Source: a virus (taxonomy: Duplodnaviria > Caudoviricetes). From it: 48,897 bases of DNA. Made by a program: the position numbers and the translations under genes. The notes under the pieces were generated by a model. It was not told the DNA's origin and did not search any database. It saw only the letters and a program-made list of their open reading frames with translations. Where the stretch lies: positions 1 through 48,897 of the IMG/VR virus record IMGVR_UViG_3300044580_000519. The stretch is one strand, 5' to 3'. Shown here in pieces: positions 8,991-19,184 of the stretch; position 1 is the first letter of the stretch; every line of letters starts with the position of its first letter.

Positions 8991-9601
8991 TGTTTTATAA
9001 TTTTTCGTTCAACTTTTTCAACGTCCCAACCAGCCCTATTTAACCTTGCGTATAATATGTATCTATCAATTTTAAGAATTTCGGCGAGTTTAGAAATGGT
9101 TATCATTTCCCCTTTGTAATTGACTTTACGATTATTTGTAAGGTTGTTTTGTTGCTCTTTATTTGTAGCCCAACGACAGTTAGAAGGTTCGTAATTGCCG
9201 TTTACGTCTATTCGGTCTAAGGTTTTACCTTCCGGCCGTTCGCCCATATCTTCTAAAAAGTGTTCAAAATCCGCCCAACGTTCACAAATTCTAATACCAC
9301 GTCCCCCGTAGTTTTTATAACGGGAATTTTGGGGGTTACAGCAACGTTGATGCATCATTTGCCAACATGAATATGTACTACTTGGTTTTTTACCAATTCC
9401 GCCGCTATGTCCATGCTTTATCATAATGCACCCACATGATTTTACGCTTCCGTTACGTAAATGATTTCCGGTTGCTTCTACTATTGTTCCGCAATCGCAA
9501 ATACATTTCCATACTACCTTTCCGCTCGCTCTTTTATCTGTTTTTTCTAAGACCGTAAGAAGGTTGTATTTTTCGCCTGTTAAATCTTTTATTATTTTCA
9601 T
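8987..9601 (-). CDS. HNH homing endonuclease (start revised to ATG 9601)
   Basis: DLTGEKY..WKCICDCG..SCGC N-terminus and TLDRIDVNGNYEPSNCRWAT motif; own promoter. Confidence 0.88.
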   Translation of the reverse strand: MKIIKDLTGEKYNLLTVLEKTDKRASGKVVWKCICDCGTIVEATGNHLRNGSVKSCGCIMIKHGHSGGIGKKPSSTYSCWQMMHQRCCNPQNSRYKNYGGRGIRICERWADFEHFLEDMGERPEGKTLDRIDVNGNYEPSNCRWATNKEQQNNLTNNRKVNYKGEMITISKLAEILKIDRYILYARLNRAGWDVEKVERKIIKQ

Positions 9602-9619
9602 ATCCACATAGTTATATTG

Positions 9620-9627
9620 CAAAGATA
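9620..9627 (-). promoter_or_regulatory. Bacteroidota -7 promoter box (TATCTTTG) for HNH gene
   Basis: Matches TAnnTTTG about 20 nt before ATG 9601. Confidence 0.6.
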
Positions 9628-9628
9628 C

Positions 9629-10837
9629 TTAAAGTTTATTCCACACGATTATACCGTTTGTAGAAAAGTCCGTAATATCTTCAATAACACCGGCTATAAT
9701 AGCGTAGTAAATTCCTTCGTTTCTATATTCGTGAGTTACCGTAATATTTCCCCCGTAAACGTCTTCGGTTTTGGTTCCGTCGCCCCAAAATATGGTTAAG
9801 GCCTTATTCGATTTAACTGCTATCGTAAGGGTCTTTGTAGCTTCGCTTATTCGCTGATGCCTTACAACTCTTTTTACCGGGTTTGGTTCTTTTAATTTTA
9901 GGCTAAAAGTTCCTACCATAAGTTCATCATTCCAACGTTTACTAATGGCTATTCCGCTTTCGTTATAGACTTCGTAAACAAGTGGCTTAGTCGGGTGTAT
10001 GTCTATCATTAAACGCTGTGTACCGTCCTTGCTGAATATATCTAAGAAGCTATTTAGCTTATTAACGAAGTCCATTTTTCCGTTAGCCTTCATAAAACAA
10101 TTAAGCGTTATTTCCCGCGCTTCTACGCGTTTTCTTTGAAGGTCTATTACTTCGCCGTGGTAGTCGTCCCAATCTATTTTAAGCGGATTTTTTAGCTTGG
10201 GACGGTCAAGAATACCGTTACTTTCCGCTACGTAAATACCCCACTCCTTAAAATCGCTTCCGTCCAAAATGTACGAAAGTTGGGCTACCGAATTAAGAAG
10301 TTCGGATATTTGGTCTTGGGTAAGTGCAATATTATAGGCCTTTAATTCGTCTACATACCCGTAGCCGTATTCGGTAGAATAAATATCTTGCAAGAAGGCG
10401 AAGCCGGTAGGCTGTGCCGGTAAAGTAATAGTTTCTACTAATTTCGTATCCAAGTAAATATAGATATTAAGCCCTTCCTTTACGACCGCAAAGTAGCCCC
10501 AAGAATCCGTAGGAAGGCTTACCCACGTTTCCCTGTATCCGTCCATAGCTTCCCAACGAACAAAAAAGCCTATCTTTTTACCGGTAAACCCGTCCGGGTA
10601 GTGTTTACTTTTCAACCAAGCCAAAAGGGAAAAACTACCCGAAAGATTAATAAGGTTTTGCGGTATTTCGCAGTATCCTTCCCCCGTGAACTCTATACAA
10701 TTCCCTTGCCTTCCCGAAACGAAATTACTTTGTATTACCGTTCCGTCCGCCCGGCTTTGTGAATAATCGTAAGCTATTAAAGAGCCGTTAGGTTCGTCGA
10801 ACGGCATATTAAGAATTAAATTATTATCGTTAGCCAT
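9629..10837 (-). CDS. Distal tail protein with N-terminal LamG/concanavalin-like domain and C-terminal PKD-like motif
   Basis: LamG-like motifs (GYVDELKAYNIALT); IFWGDG PKD-like motif; follows tape measure. Confidence 0.7.
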   Translation of the reverse strand: MANDNNLILNMPFDEPNGSLIAYDYSQSRADGTVIQSNFVSGRQGNCIEFTGEGYCEIPQNLINLSGSFSLLAWLKSKHYPDGFTGKKIGFFVRWEAMDGYRETWVSLPTDSWGYFAVVKEGLNIYIYLDTKLVETITLPAQPTGFAFLQDIYSTEYGYGYVDELKAYNIALTQDQISELLNSVAQLSYILDGSDFKEWGIYVAESNGILDRPKLKNPLKIDWDDYHGEVIDLQRKRVEAREITLNCFMKANGKMDFVNKLNSFLDIFSKDGTQRLMIDIHPTKPLVYEVYNESGIAISKRWNDELMVGTFSLKLKEPNPVKRVVRHQRISEATKTLTIAVKSNKALTIFWGDGTKTEDVYGGNITVTHEYRNEGIYYAIIAGVIEDITDFSTNGIIVWNKL

Positions 10838-10858
10838 GTTAGTATGTTTTATTAATTA

Positions 10859-13800
10859 TTATTCTGTTATACCTTGCGCCCTTAACGGGTCGCTTGCCGT
10901 TATTCTTGTATTTTCTTCAATTTGTTTTAAAAACCCGTTAGAAACGCCTACCTTAGCGTCTATACTTGCCAAGTGTAATAATTGGTTTCGCATTATTTCT
11001 ATGCCTTCAACCTGGTTTATCCTAACAGCGTTTGTTTGTCCGGCTAAAAGGTCTATACTTTCTTGGCTTGCCCCTTTAATAGCCCCCGACAAAGTAGTAG
11101 TAGGGTCGGTATTGTCGTTTTTGTCTCTCCATAAATCAAACCCGCGTTGTCCGGCCCGTTGTCTTATTGCTTCCAAGGCGGCTACATATAGGTCTTCGCG
11201 CTCGTTTAATCTATCCATTAGCCGATCGTAGTCGTCTATAACGTCGTCTATAACGTCGCCGTCGCCGTCTGGTTTTAGCGAAGCTTCTAATTCTTTGCCG
11301 AAGTCTTTAAATACGTCAGAAAATAAGGTAGAATAAACCAACTGTTCTATAAATTTTTCTAATGATTCCCCCGCAACTTCAAACATTCGTTTACTTGCGT
11401 CTTCTCCGGCCTTCCATGCTTCTACAATCGAATTTCTAATATTATTACCCAAGTCGCCGGCTAAGTCTGCTACAACCTCTCTTATTTGTTCGTTTGCGGC
11501 TTCTACCGCTTCGGCCCAATCTAACGCATTTTGAACAAGTATTTTTGTCTTGTCGTCTAATTGGTTTGTATTAATTAGTGATTGCGCCAACTCTTTTTTA
11601 AGGTTGCCCGTACTATCTACCAACTCCGGGAATACTTCTAATAATCCCCCGAACGTTTCCTTTTTCTTTTTACCGCCAAACAGCCCCGCTATTGCTCCAA
11701 TTGCCCCACCAACAACGGCCCCAATAGCCGTACCTATTACCGGGACAATGGAGCCAATAGCCGCGCCCGCCGCCGCGCCCTCCGCCGCGCCACTTCCAAC
11801 GTTTCCCCAATCAATAGCATTGCGAAGCCCGGTTTTTGCCTTCCCTTCTGAAAGTTTAGCTAATGCTTCTTCGTATTTGCTGGTTGATTCGGCCATAGCC
11901 TCAAAACCGGAATTTATTTTAGCCTGGTAATCTGTAATAAATACCGAGTCCGACAGTTCGCTATGTAACCTTAATTGCTCGTTTAAGGCTAATGTATATT
12001 CGTGTGCAAATTCTAAGGCAGCGTTATAAAATTCCTTTTCTTTTCTCTTACGTTCTTCCGAAGCCGAAGAAACCATATTGATAACTTCAACAACACCGCT
12101 AATAGCTGACGAAATACCGCCTAAATAGTCCTTCGTTTCCGATTTTCCCCTTTCAAATGATTCACTTATAGAATCTACTTCGCGACTTATATTAGAGAAA
12201 ATTTCCCCTACCGTTCCGCCCAAGTTCCCTAACGCGCTGGTTATTTTTTGGAACCCGGATAACATTTCTTGGAATTTTGCCTTTGGCATTTTTTCCAACT
12301 CGGCGTTTAACTCCTTAATTTTTAATTTAACCCTTTCAATTTCGAGGGCTATTGCTTCCGTTGGGGCTTCCCTATGTATTTTTTGTAGTTCTTCGAGCGT
12401 CTTTTCCGCCGCTTGTTTTTGGGTTTCTAACTCCGCTTTTATCCGGTCGGATTCCCATGCGAATACTTTCTTTGAAATACTTAAAAGGGCTTCGTCTTCC
12501 GCTAATTCAATAATACCCCGCGTAGCTTCATACCCGGCGTATAATAGGTTTTTTTTGTCTTCGTTGTATTTTTTTTTCCGGTTTTCTATGACCGCATCAA
12601 GGCTTTTCTTTTCTTCTTCGGTTGTTGCTTTTGCCCGCTTTGCTTCTATCAAAGCCTTATCGTTTGTATATTCAAGTTCAAGCGCAATTTTTTTATCTAA
12701 ATAATTGGAATATTCATAAACAAGCTTATACGTTTCTTCCCTTTGTTTTTCCAAAACGTTTTTATCCGCTTTATCTACTATTTCTTGTTTTTTCTCAGTC
12801 AAAGGGTCGTTTTCCGCGTTATCGCTCAACTCCTTGCGCATGTTTTTTATAATATTCAGTTGGTCTATAACATGCTTTGCGCTATTTATTTGTTCAGAAA
12901 GGGCTTCTTTAAAATTGTCAAGTATCGAAGTATTTGCTTCGCCTACAATCTCATTTTTTACTTGGCTTATTTCTTTTTTTGTGAGTTTACCGGAATCTAA
13001 AAGGCTTTGAAGGTATTCTTTGTAGGTTTTTCCGTTTTTAAGCAAAGAAGCGTATTCTATTTCGGCTTCTTTTTGTAATCCGGCTTCAACCCATTTAATA
13101 TATTCCGCATACTTTTGCTTGCGGTCTTCTAAGTCCTTGGTAAATTTATCCTTTTTATTATCTACCCCTTTAGGGGAGTTAGATAAATCCACTTTTGAAA
13201 GTTCTTTTTCTTTTGCTTTAATTTGCTTTAATAAATCCGCCCTTTCTACATCTGTGTTCGCTTTTTTATATTTCTCCTTTAAGTTGCTTATTATTTTTTC
13301 CAAAGATGAAATACTGCCTTTTTCCGTGGCTTCCGCCATCCTATCAAAACCTTTTTGTATTTCGGCTGCTGCTTTTTGTAATTCTTCCGCTTCTGTTAGG
13401 ATTGCCTTCTTTGTTTCTTCGGCTTCTTTAATTGCTTTGTCTTTAGCCGCTTTATTGTGGTTGGTTATTGCTTCCTGCGCGTCAAATCTGCCGTAACTAT
13501 CCGCTTGCGCCTGGTATAACCCCATTTTCGCAAACCAGCCCATACTACCTTTTACGTCTTTGGCGTCGGTTGCTTTTATTTCGTTTACTTTTTCGTCGGC
13601 TTCTATTGCTTTTTGTATTAAACTTTGGGCTTTCGCTTGCAAAAAAAGCATTTGGATATAGTCTTCTCCTTTTTTTGTAAGCACGTCGTACCATTCGGAC
13701 AATGTTTTGTAATATCCGAACGATTCCCCGTACTTATCGTTTAACTCTTTGACTTTCTTTTTTTGCTCGTCTGCCGAACCGTTAAAGTTTTTAATTTCGT

Positions 13801-14923
13801 CCGTAACCGCTTTTAATTCAATGCGTGTAGTAAGCATTGTTTTACGCGCTTCTTTCTCAATTTCTATTAATTGCTTTGTCTTTTCTGCCGCTTTTACCTG
13901 TGATTCGCTGTATTTATTCCACAAGTAAACTACCCCGCTAATAGCCAAAGAAAGCCCAAGGGTAAGCGTAGCATATAACCCCGCTACCGCTATTTTGGCT
14001 GCGTTTGCTGAAAGCCCCATTTTAATAAAGGATTTCCCCAAAAACAAAGTAGAAGTAGATAGTAATTGTTGCGCCTTGGCAAGCGTTACAAGCGAAAAGT
14101 AAGAATCCTTATTTAGTGTTACAGCTACCTGCTGTAAGCCTATTGTTATAGCCATAAGGGATTGAACTTTAACCATTATTTTTTGTAGGTCTTCGTTCTT
14201 ATCCGCAAACAAACCTACCGCCCCTTGCGCTGCCGAAAATGCGCCGGAAATGCCGCTTACTGCGGAAATTACCCCTTGTAACCCGGATTGGTTATGCCCT
14301 AAAATTTGGGTTTGCTTATTGACGTTTGAAATAGCCCCAGCCAAACGCCCGGCTTCGGCCTGTAACGCTCTGTATCTTTCCGGGTCGGTTGCTTTTGCCC
14401 CCGATTGTTCCATTTGTAAAAGTTCTTCCCGAACGTTCCGTAATTGTGTCCTAAATGTAATTTGTGCTTTAGTATTTTTTTCGGTAGCTTCTTTAGTTTC
14501 GTTTAACCGTTGTTCTTCCTTTACCAACGCGTCGGCAATCGCTTCTATTTCTGTTAATAAATTCTTTCGGGTAGTAATTTCTTGCTTTATGGCTACTTGC
14601 TTTTGTTGCAAATACCTATATTCTTCGTCGCCTTTTGCCGTACCCTTCATAAAAGCCGCGGCCGCCGCTTCTCCAAGTTCGGTATATTCTTTTTCAAGTT
14701 TGTTAATAGCCCCTTGGTGTATGCCCGCCATAGTATCTATATCCTTAAAGGCTTTTTCTATGGAAGCGGCCGCTTCTTGGTATGCGAGTTCCATTTTTTC
14801 CCCGCCTTCTACCGTAGCGTCCGAAAAACCTTGTACCCGCTTTTTGCTTTCTTCCAACGCGCTATTTAATTGGCCATTATTCGCTATTATATCGAATTCT
14901 AAGGCCCCGCCTTTTATATTCAT
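10859..14923 (-). CDS. Tail tape measure protein
   Basis: 1354 aa, coiled-coil and Ala/Gly-rich with hydrophobic stretches, after tail chaperones. Confidence 0.92.
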   Translation of the reverse strand: MNIKGGALEFDIIANNGQLNSALEESKKRVQGFSDATVEGGEKMELAYQEAAASIEKAFKDIDTMAGIHQGAINKLEKEYTELGEAAAAAFMKGTAKGDEEYRYLQQKQVAIKQEITTRKNLLTEIEAIADALVKEEQRLNETKEATEKNTKAQITFRTQLRNVREELLQMEQSGAKATDPERYRALQAEAGRLAGAISNVNKQTQILGHNQSGLQGVISAVSGISGAFSAAQGAVGLFADKNEDLQKIMVKVQSLMAITIGLQQVAVTLNKDSYFSLVTLAKAQQLLSTSTLFLGKSFIKMGLSANAAKIAVAGLYATLTLGLSLAISGVVYLWNKYSESQVKAAEKTKQLIEIEKEARKTMLTTRIELKAVTDEIKNFNGSADEQKKKVKELNDKYGESFGYYKTLSEWYDVLTKKGEDYIQMLFLQAKAQSLIQKAIEADEKVNEIKATDAKDVKGSMGWFAKMGLYQAQADSYGRFDAQEAITNHNKAAKDKAIKEAEETKKAILTEAEELQKAAAEIQKGFDRMAEATEKGSISSLEKIISNLKEKYKKANTDVERADLLKQIKAKEKELSKVDLSNSPKGVDNKKDKFTKDLEDRKQKYAEYIKWVEAGLQKEAEIEYASLLKNGKTYKEYLQSLLDSGKLTKKEISQVKNEIVGEANTSILDNFKEALSEQINSAKHVIDQLNIIKNMRKELSDNAENDPLTEKKQEIVDKADKNVLEKQREETYKLVYEYSNYLDKKIALELEYTNDKALIEAKRAKATTEEEKKSLDAVIENRKKKYNEDKKNLLYAGYEATRGIIELAEDEALLSISKKVFAWESDRIKAELETQKQAAEKTLEELQKIHREAPTEAIALEIERVKLKIKELNAELEKMPKAKFQEMLSGFQKITSALGNLGGTVGEIFSNISREVDSISESFERGKSETKDYLGGISSAISGVVEVINMVSSASEERKRKEKEFYNAALEFAHEYTLALNEQLRLHSELSDSVFITDYQAKINSGFEAMAESTSKYEEALAKLSEGKAKTGLRNAIDWGNVGSGAAEGAAAGAAIGSIVPVIGTAIGAVVGGAIGAIAGLFGGKKKKETFGGLLEVFPELVDSTGNLKKELAQSLINTNQLDDKTKILVQNALDWAEAVEAANEQIREVVADLAGDLGNNIRNSIVEAWKAGEDASKRMFEVAGESLEKFIEQLVYSTLFSDVFKDFGKELEASLKPDGDGDVIDDVIDDYDRLMDRLNEREDLYVAALEAIRQRAGQRGFDLWRDKNDNTDPTTTLSGAIKGASQESIDLLAGQTNAVRINQVEGIEIMRNQLLHLASIDAKVGVSNGFLKQIEENTRITASDPLRAQGITE

Positions 14924-15261
14924 CGGTTTATGTTATTAATCATTTCTAATACTTTATCGGCGTTTTCAGATGTTAATTTTACTTCTTCGGTTTGACCTTG
15001 CCCGTCTGTTTCTTCTACGTCCGGCGCGTCTATCAACATCCTTTGTACTACACCCCACGCTATTTCATGGTGTAAATATTCCCAAGTCCAACCGAAGCGG
15101 GCGCAAATCGAACCCCGGCGGCCGAAGGGACTTTTAAGCCCGGTTACTCTATACGACCCGTTATCGGTTTTGTCGTTCTTGCGCCGCTCATTAATCGCAT
15201 AGAGGTTATAAAATCCGCTAAATTGCTTACATTGGTTACGGTAGTACTCAATAAAGCCAAC
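14920..15261 (-). CDS. Tail assembly chaperone -1 frameshift extension (gpT-like), absent from ORF track
   Basis: -1 frame open from ~15261 to TGA overlapping tape measure ATG; encodes GLKSPFGRRGSICARFGWTWEYLHHEIAW.. Confidence 0.65.
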   Translation of the reverse strand, partial: VGFIEYYRNQCKQFSGFYNLYAINERRKNDKTDNGSYRVTGLKSPFGRRGSICARFGWTWEYLHHEIAWGVVQRMLIDAPDVEETDGQGQTEEVKLTSENADKVLEMINNINR

Positions 15262-15710
15262 TTAGAAGGCTTTATAGCATGAAAGAATGTATTTGTTAGT
15301 CGGTTTAATTCTTTGTCGTCGTTGTACTTTTTAACCTTCCCGGTACGCGTAATTTCGGTTATATGGTAATCTTCCCCAAGTACCGCAATCGCTATAACGC
15401 GCGCCATTTTTTTAGCGTTCTGTTTAGCTGTTTTCTTGGCTTCAACTATTACCGCCCCTTCTTTTAGGGCTTCTTCGTCTAATGCCATATCTAACCAAAT
15501 ATCGCAAAGGCGGTCAAGCACGGAAAGCGTAGGTTCGTGTATTTCGTAGGTGGTAACTTCTTCCAATACTTCGGGCTTTTGGAAAAATCCATTAAAACCT
15601 TTCTTCCGTTTTCGTATTTTGGTTACAACGTCAAATTTTACCCCTCTTTTAATAAGTAGGTTAAGTTGTTCCCGTTCTAATTCTATATCCAATTTTTCTA
15701 CTTCTTCCAT
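15144..15710 (-). CDS. Tail assembly chaperone (gpG-like)
   Basis: Position between tail tube and tape measure; overlapping -1 frame ORF. Confidence 0.7.
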   Translation of the reverse strand: MEEVEKLDIELEREQLNLLIKRGVKFDVVTKIRKRKKGFNGFFQKPEVLEEVTTYEIHEPTLSVLDRLCDIWLDMALDEEALKEGAVIVEAKKTAKQNAKKMARVIAIAVLGEDYHITEITRTGKVKKYNDDKELNRLTNTFFHAIKPSKLALLSTTVTNVSNLADFITSMRLMSGARTTKPITGRIE

Positions 15711-15725
15711 ACTGTTTTATACTAA

Positions 15726-15760
15726 GAAAGCCCCCCGAAACGGTAATTTGGGGGGCTTTC
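15726..15760 (-). terminator. Hairpin after tail tube gene
   Basis: GAAAGCCCCCC...GGGGGGCTTTC 11-bp inverted repeat. Confidence 0.65.
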
Positions 15761-15788
15761 GGGTTAATACTCGCGTCGTTTGAAAATG

Positions 15789-16289
15789 TTAGATTTTAGT
15801 AGCTGTCATTTTCTTAACGCCCGATTTTGTAGGCTGTAAAACCGTTCCGGCCACGTCAATTAGCAAAATTCCTTTTTTGCTGAATTCTGCGTTAATCTTT
15901 GAGGCCAATTTCATACGCGGAACCTCGAATTTAAGCCCTTGTTCGGGCGTAATTCTTACGGATTTTTCAATTACCGGCAATTTATCCGGCGCAGACCACT
16001 TTTGCATACCCCCCGTTCCGGTTGTTTCGCCCCCTAACAAGGTTTGCAATACTGTTAAATCCGCGTCCATAACGGAAAAAGCGAAGTTTGTTTTACCCCC
16101 TCGGCTAATGCTTACTATTGGGTCGTCTACTTCTTCCGCGTAATGCTCGGTCGTTTCCGGGTCGTCCTGTGTCATTTTACAGGTATCTTGGTAAGTATAA
16201 CCAAGTGTAGCAAGGCTTGTACCCATATCCCCGTCGGCGGCTATGGCTCCTACTTCAATTTTTGAAAGTCCTAATGTTACTACAGACAT
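15789..16289 (-). CDS. Major tail tube protein
   Basis: 166 aa, TLGYTYQDT motif, position and downstream hairpin. Confidence 0.75.
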   Translation of the reverse strand: MSVVTLGLSKIEVGAIAADGDMGTSLATLGYTYQDTCKMTQDDPETTEHYAEEVDDPIVSISRGGKTNFAFSVMDADLTVLQTLLGGETTGTGGMQKWSAPDKLPVIEKSVRITPEQGLKFEVPRMKLASKINAEFSKKGILLIDVAGTVLQPTKSGVKKMTATKI

Positions 16290-16309
16290 AATATTATTTT
16301 TTTAATGTT

Positions 16310-16717
16310 TTACTTATGTATATTCCAATTAATCCGAAGGTTTGTATAGTGTTGGAATACGGCGGGTTCTTTAATTACGGTTTCGTTCTCAATCCAAAAG
16401 GTTAGGCCCTGAATGTTTGCCGCTTTTAATATCCTTACTACTTTATCGGTAAGGAAGCGCAACCGTTCCCGGTCTGCCTTTCGTTGTTCTTGCCCTTTGA
16501 TTTTTAATTTAAGGTCTTCAACATGAATATTTACGTTTGAAGTTCCGCTTTGGGGGTAATCGTGGTTAATAACAATATTGTTTATTACGATGTCTTCCCC
16601 TTCTGAATTGTCCGGGCGTTCCCCCTGTACATAAATTCCGCCGCTAATGGCTTCCTTTAGTTCTTCCGAAGCGTTTAAAATAGTAAATAATATGTCGTCC
16701 GTATCGAAACTTAACAT
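16310..16717 (-). CDS. Tail terminator/completion protein
   Basis: Size and synteny before tail tube. Confidence 0.55.
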   Translation of the reverse strand: MLSFDTDDILFTILNASEELKEAISGGIYVQGERPDNSEGEDIVINNIVINHDYPQSGTSNVNIHVEDLKLKIKGQEQRKADRERLRFLTDKVVRILKAANIQGLTFWIENETVIKEPAVFQHYTNLRINWNIHK

Positions 16718-16721
16718 AACC

Positions 16722-17111
16722 TTAAATCCATAATCTACAATGCAATCTACCGTAATCGTATTTCTCGCAAATTCCTTTAGCTACAACCAACCCCGAAATT
16801 TTAGCGGAATCAATAAAGCCCGGTTCTAAAAGCTGGTTAGGCTCTACTTCTTCCCGCGTTACTAATACTTCGGTTCCTTCATTTATCCGGGCCGTACCTT
16901 TTGGTATCTGAATAAGCGAAGCAAAAACAAGGGTTTTACCGTTAGCCGTCTGAATCGTGCTACCTTTCCCGTTTGTTTCTTCCCGGCAAGCTGCTTTAAG
17001 TTCCCAAGAAGGAACCGTTTTTTCCCAACTTCCGTTAGTCTTTTGCTCCGCTTCTTCTCCGTTATTGAAGGCGTACAAGTATTGCGGGTATTGATAAGAA
17101 GTAATTACCAT
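16722..17111 (-). CDS. Head closure / head-tail adaptor
   Basis: Synteny and size. Confidence 0.5.
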   Translation of the reverse strand: MVITSYQYPQYLYAFNNGEEAEQKTNGSWEKTVPSWELKAACREETNGKGSTIQTANGKTLVFASLIQIPKGTARINEGTEVLVTREEVEPNQLLEPGFIDSAKISGLVVAKGICEKYDYGRLHCRLWI

Positions 17112-17416
17112 ATATTACTTTTATTTCTTATTTTGGGTTGTCCTATTGGTACTAATCCAACTTCTGCACAAGTCCCGTTATACCAAAACTTTATAGCGTC
17201 CCAATTCCAACTAATAGAATACCCACCTTCCCCAATATTAGCCAACGGTATAAGCGTAGAAAATTCAAGGCAAAGGGCTTTCTTGGCTTTATGTACATCT
17301 ACGTTTGCTTCCGGGTCGGGAATTAGTGTACTTTGGTTACAAAGTATTAATTCTACGTCGTCCGGGCCTATCTGAAACTTCGCCGCCGTTTTTGCTATCC
17401 ATTCCTTGTATGTCAT
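17105..17416 (-). CDS. Head-tail connector protein
   Basis: Follows capsid; NIGEGGYSISW motif typical of connectors. Confidence 0.6.
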   Translation of the reverse strand: MTYKEWIAKTAAKFQIGPDDVELILCNQSTLIPDPEANVDVHKAKKALCLEFSTLIPLANIGEGGYSISWNWDAIKFWYNGTCAEVGLVPIGQPKIRNKSNIW

Positions 17417-17433
17417 TGGGTAGAAATTTAGGG

Positions 17434-17458
17434 AAGGGAAGCCCGAAGGCTCCCCTTG
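17434..17458 (-). terminator. Hairpin after major capsid gene
   Basis: AAGGGAAGCC-CGAA-GGCTCCCCTT imperfect inverted repeat. Confidence 0.5.
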
Positions 17459-17461
17459 TGG

Positions 17462-18565
17462 TTATTTATTCCAAGTATTACTATCGGTTGCCATTAAGTA
17501 CGAACGTTGCGAAGAAAGCCAAGCCGGGAAAGCGTTAGCTAATCCTATTGTTACTTCTTCTATCGGTTCTTCCGTACTATATTTTTTTACGCAAGTGTGC
17601 CCGTTCATTGCCTTAATTGCGGCCGAACCTTTCAGGTTCATATCCGCCGGCTTCTTCCAATAAGTTTTACCTAAAACTTTGCTTTCGCTGAACATTACCA
17701 CGTTGTCGGCAAACGGGTTGCCGGTAGAGCGGTTTCCGTTCGGAAGTTCTACGGTTATATCTTGGTCGATAACAACAATCTGCAAACCGCGCAAGTAGGC
17801 AAGTCCGCGCATTGCGCTGTTTACTTGCTCCAAACTTGGGCTTTGTGCAATGTTAAGGGCGTTATTTGCGAACGAAGCGCACAACTTAATTACTTCTTCG
17901 GTTTCTACCAAAGTCGTAAAAGTATCGAGGTTCATAAAGGCGAATTTCAAAGAAATGCCCTTAGCTTTGGCGGCCTTTACAACAGCTTTAAAGTCCTTAG
18001 ATAAAGGTTTTGCCGAAGCCGAAGTAACCCAAGAAGCGGAGCCGGTTTGAAAACCTAACTTTTTATCGCTTTCTAATTGGTAGTCTACATCGTATTCGGT
18101 AACTACGCTACTGTTATTGTCGGTCGAAAGTTTGATTTTCCCCAAAGAAATAGTTTGTAAGGCCATCCACTCCAAACGTGCGGCTACGCCGTCCCAACAA
18201 TATTTAGTATCTTCGGCCCACGCTTCAACCAAGGCGCGCAAATCCGGGTTTTGCGAAGTCATAGCGACCATAATGTCGTATTCGTTCAACTCGTTTTCGT
18301 CCTTAGTACGCTTAATAGCAATCTTAGGGATGTCGCCCTGAATACGTGCTATTGCTTCGCGTGTCTTCTTGTTAATACTTGCCCCCCTTGCGACCAGGTC
18401 GCCGGCAATTTTTAACCCTACTTGCGCTTCAAGCGACTTCCAAGAAAGCGTATAGTTTTCCTTCAAAGGGAAAAGCGTAGGGTAGTAATACGGTTTAAGG
18501 TCGTAGGTATTAATTACGGCCTGCATATCCCTTTCGGTTATGCCTATCATTAACGATTTTTGCAT
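17462..18565 (-). CDS. Major capsid protein (lambda E-like)
   Basis: 367 aa; IPKIAIKR and ARLEWMALQ motifs; after scaffold and decoration genes. Confidence 0.88.
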   Translation of the reverse strand: MQKSLMIGITERDMQAVINTYDLKPYYYPTLFPLKENYTLSWKSLEAQVGLKIAGDLVARGASINKKTREAIARIQGDIPKIAIKRTKDENELNEYDIMVAMTSQNPDLRALVEAWAEDTKYCWDGVAARLEWMALQTISLGKIKLSTDNNSSVVTEYDVDYQLESDKKLGFQTGSASWVTSASAKPLSKDFKAVVKAAKAKGISLKFAFMNLDTFTTLVETEEVIKLCASFANNALNIAQSPSLEQVNSAMRGLAYLRGLQIVVIDQDITVELPNGNRSTGNPFADNVVMFSESKVLGKTYWKKPADMNLKGSAAIKAMNGHTCVKKYSTEEPIEEVTIGLANAFPAWLSSQRSYLMATDSNTWNK

Positions 18566-18580
18566 ATCAATTCCCTTTTA

Positions 18581-19165
18581 TTAAATGAATGAAATACCCG
18601 GAAGTTTCGCTTTTACGGCGGAACCTACGCCCGGTATGTTTGCTTCTCTTACTTGCCCGATAGTCCAAGCGTTTACAATAAGGTTACTAAGTTCTTCTAC
18701 GTCGTAACTTTCGCCTACAAGGGCTTTCGGTTCGTATAAGAACTTAGAACTTGTACCAGCACTTTCCCCGGCAGCTTGGTAAACGGCTTCGCCCTTCTTG
18801 GCTGCAACTCCAAGCGTAGTACCTACCGTAATAGTGTCTTGGACTGAATTGCTGGTAGTGTCAATAGCGGTAATAGCGTAAGCCTTTCCGCCTTCCTTCA
18901 ACATCATAAAGTCGCCTACTTTGAAGTTATGGCCCTTCAATACGGGGTAATCCGTAGCGGTAGCCGTTACGTCTGAAACAAGCGTAGCAACCTTTACAAT
19001 GTGGTAAAGCCCGTTTTCTCCTTTCCCTACCGGTGTACCTTCTGCTAATTTCTTTTGTACAAAGCCATTAGAAGAAACCGTAATACCGTCGGGGATATCT
19101 GCGAGCTTATGGGTAAACGCGCGTATTACGCGTTCATCTTTTTGCTTTTTAATAGTTAAACCCAT
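18581..19165 (-). CDS. Head decoration protein
   Basis: Between scaffold and capsid, beta-rich. Confidence 0.6.
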   Translation of the reverse strand: MGLTIKKQKDERVIRAFTHKLADIPDGITVSSNGFVQKKLAEGTPVGKGENGLYHIVKVATLVSDVTATATDYPVLKGHNFKVGDFMMLKEGGKAYAITAIDTTSNSVQDTITVGTTLGVAAKKGEAVYQAAGESAGTSSKFLYEPKALVGESYDVEELSNLIVNAWTIGQVREANIPGVGSAVKAKLPGISFI

Positions 19166-19184
19166 GTCCTAAAAAATTAATTCG

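Noticed and set aside
14250-14939. 229-aa plus-strand ORF
   Set aside because: Antisense shadow of tape measure gene, Ser-rich, no motifs
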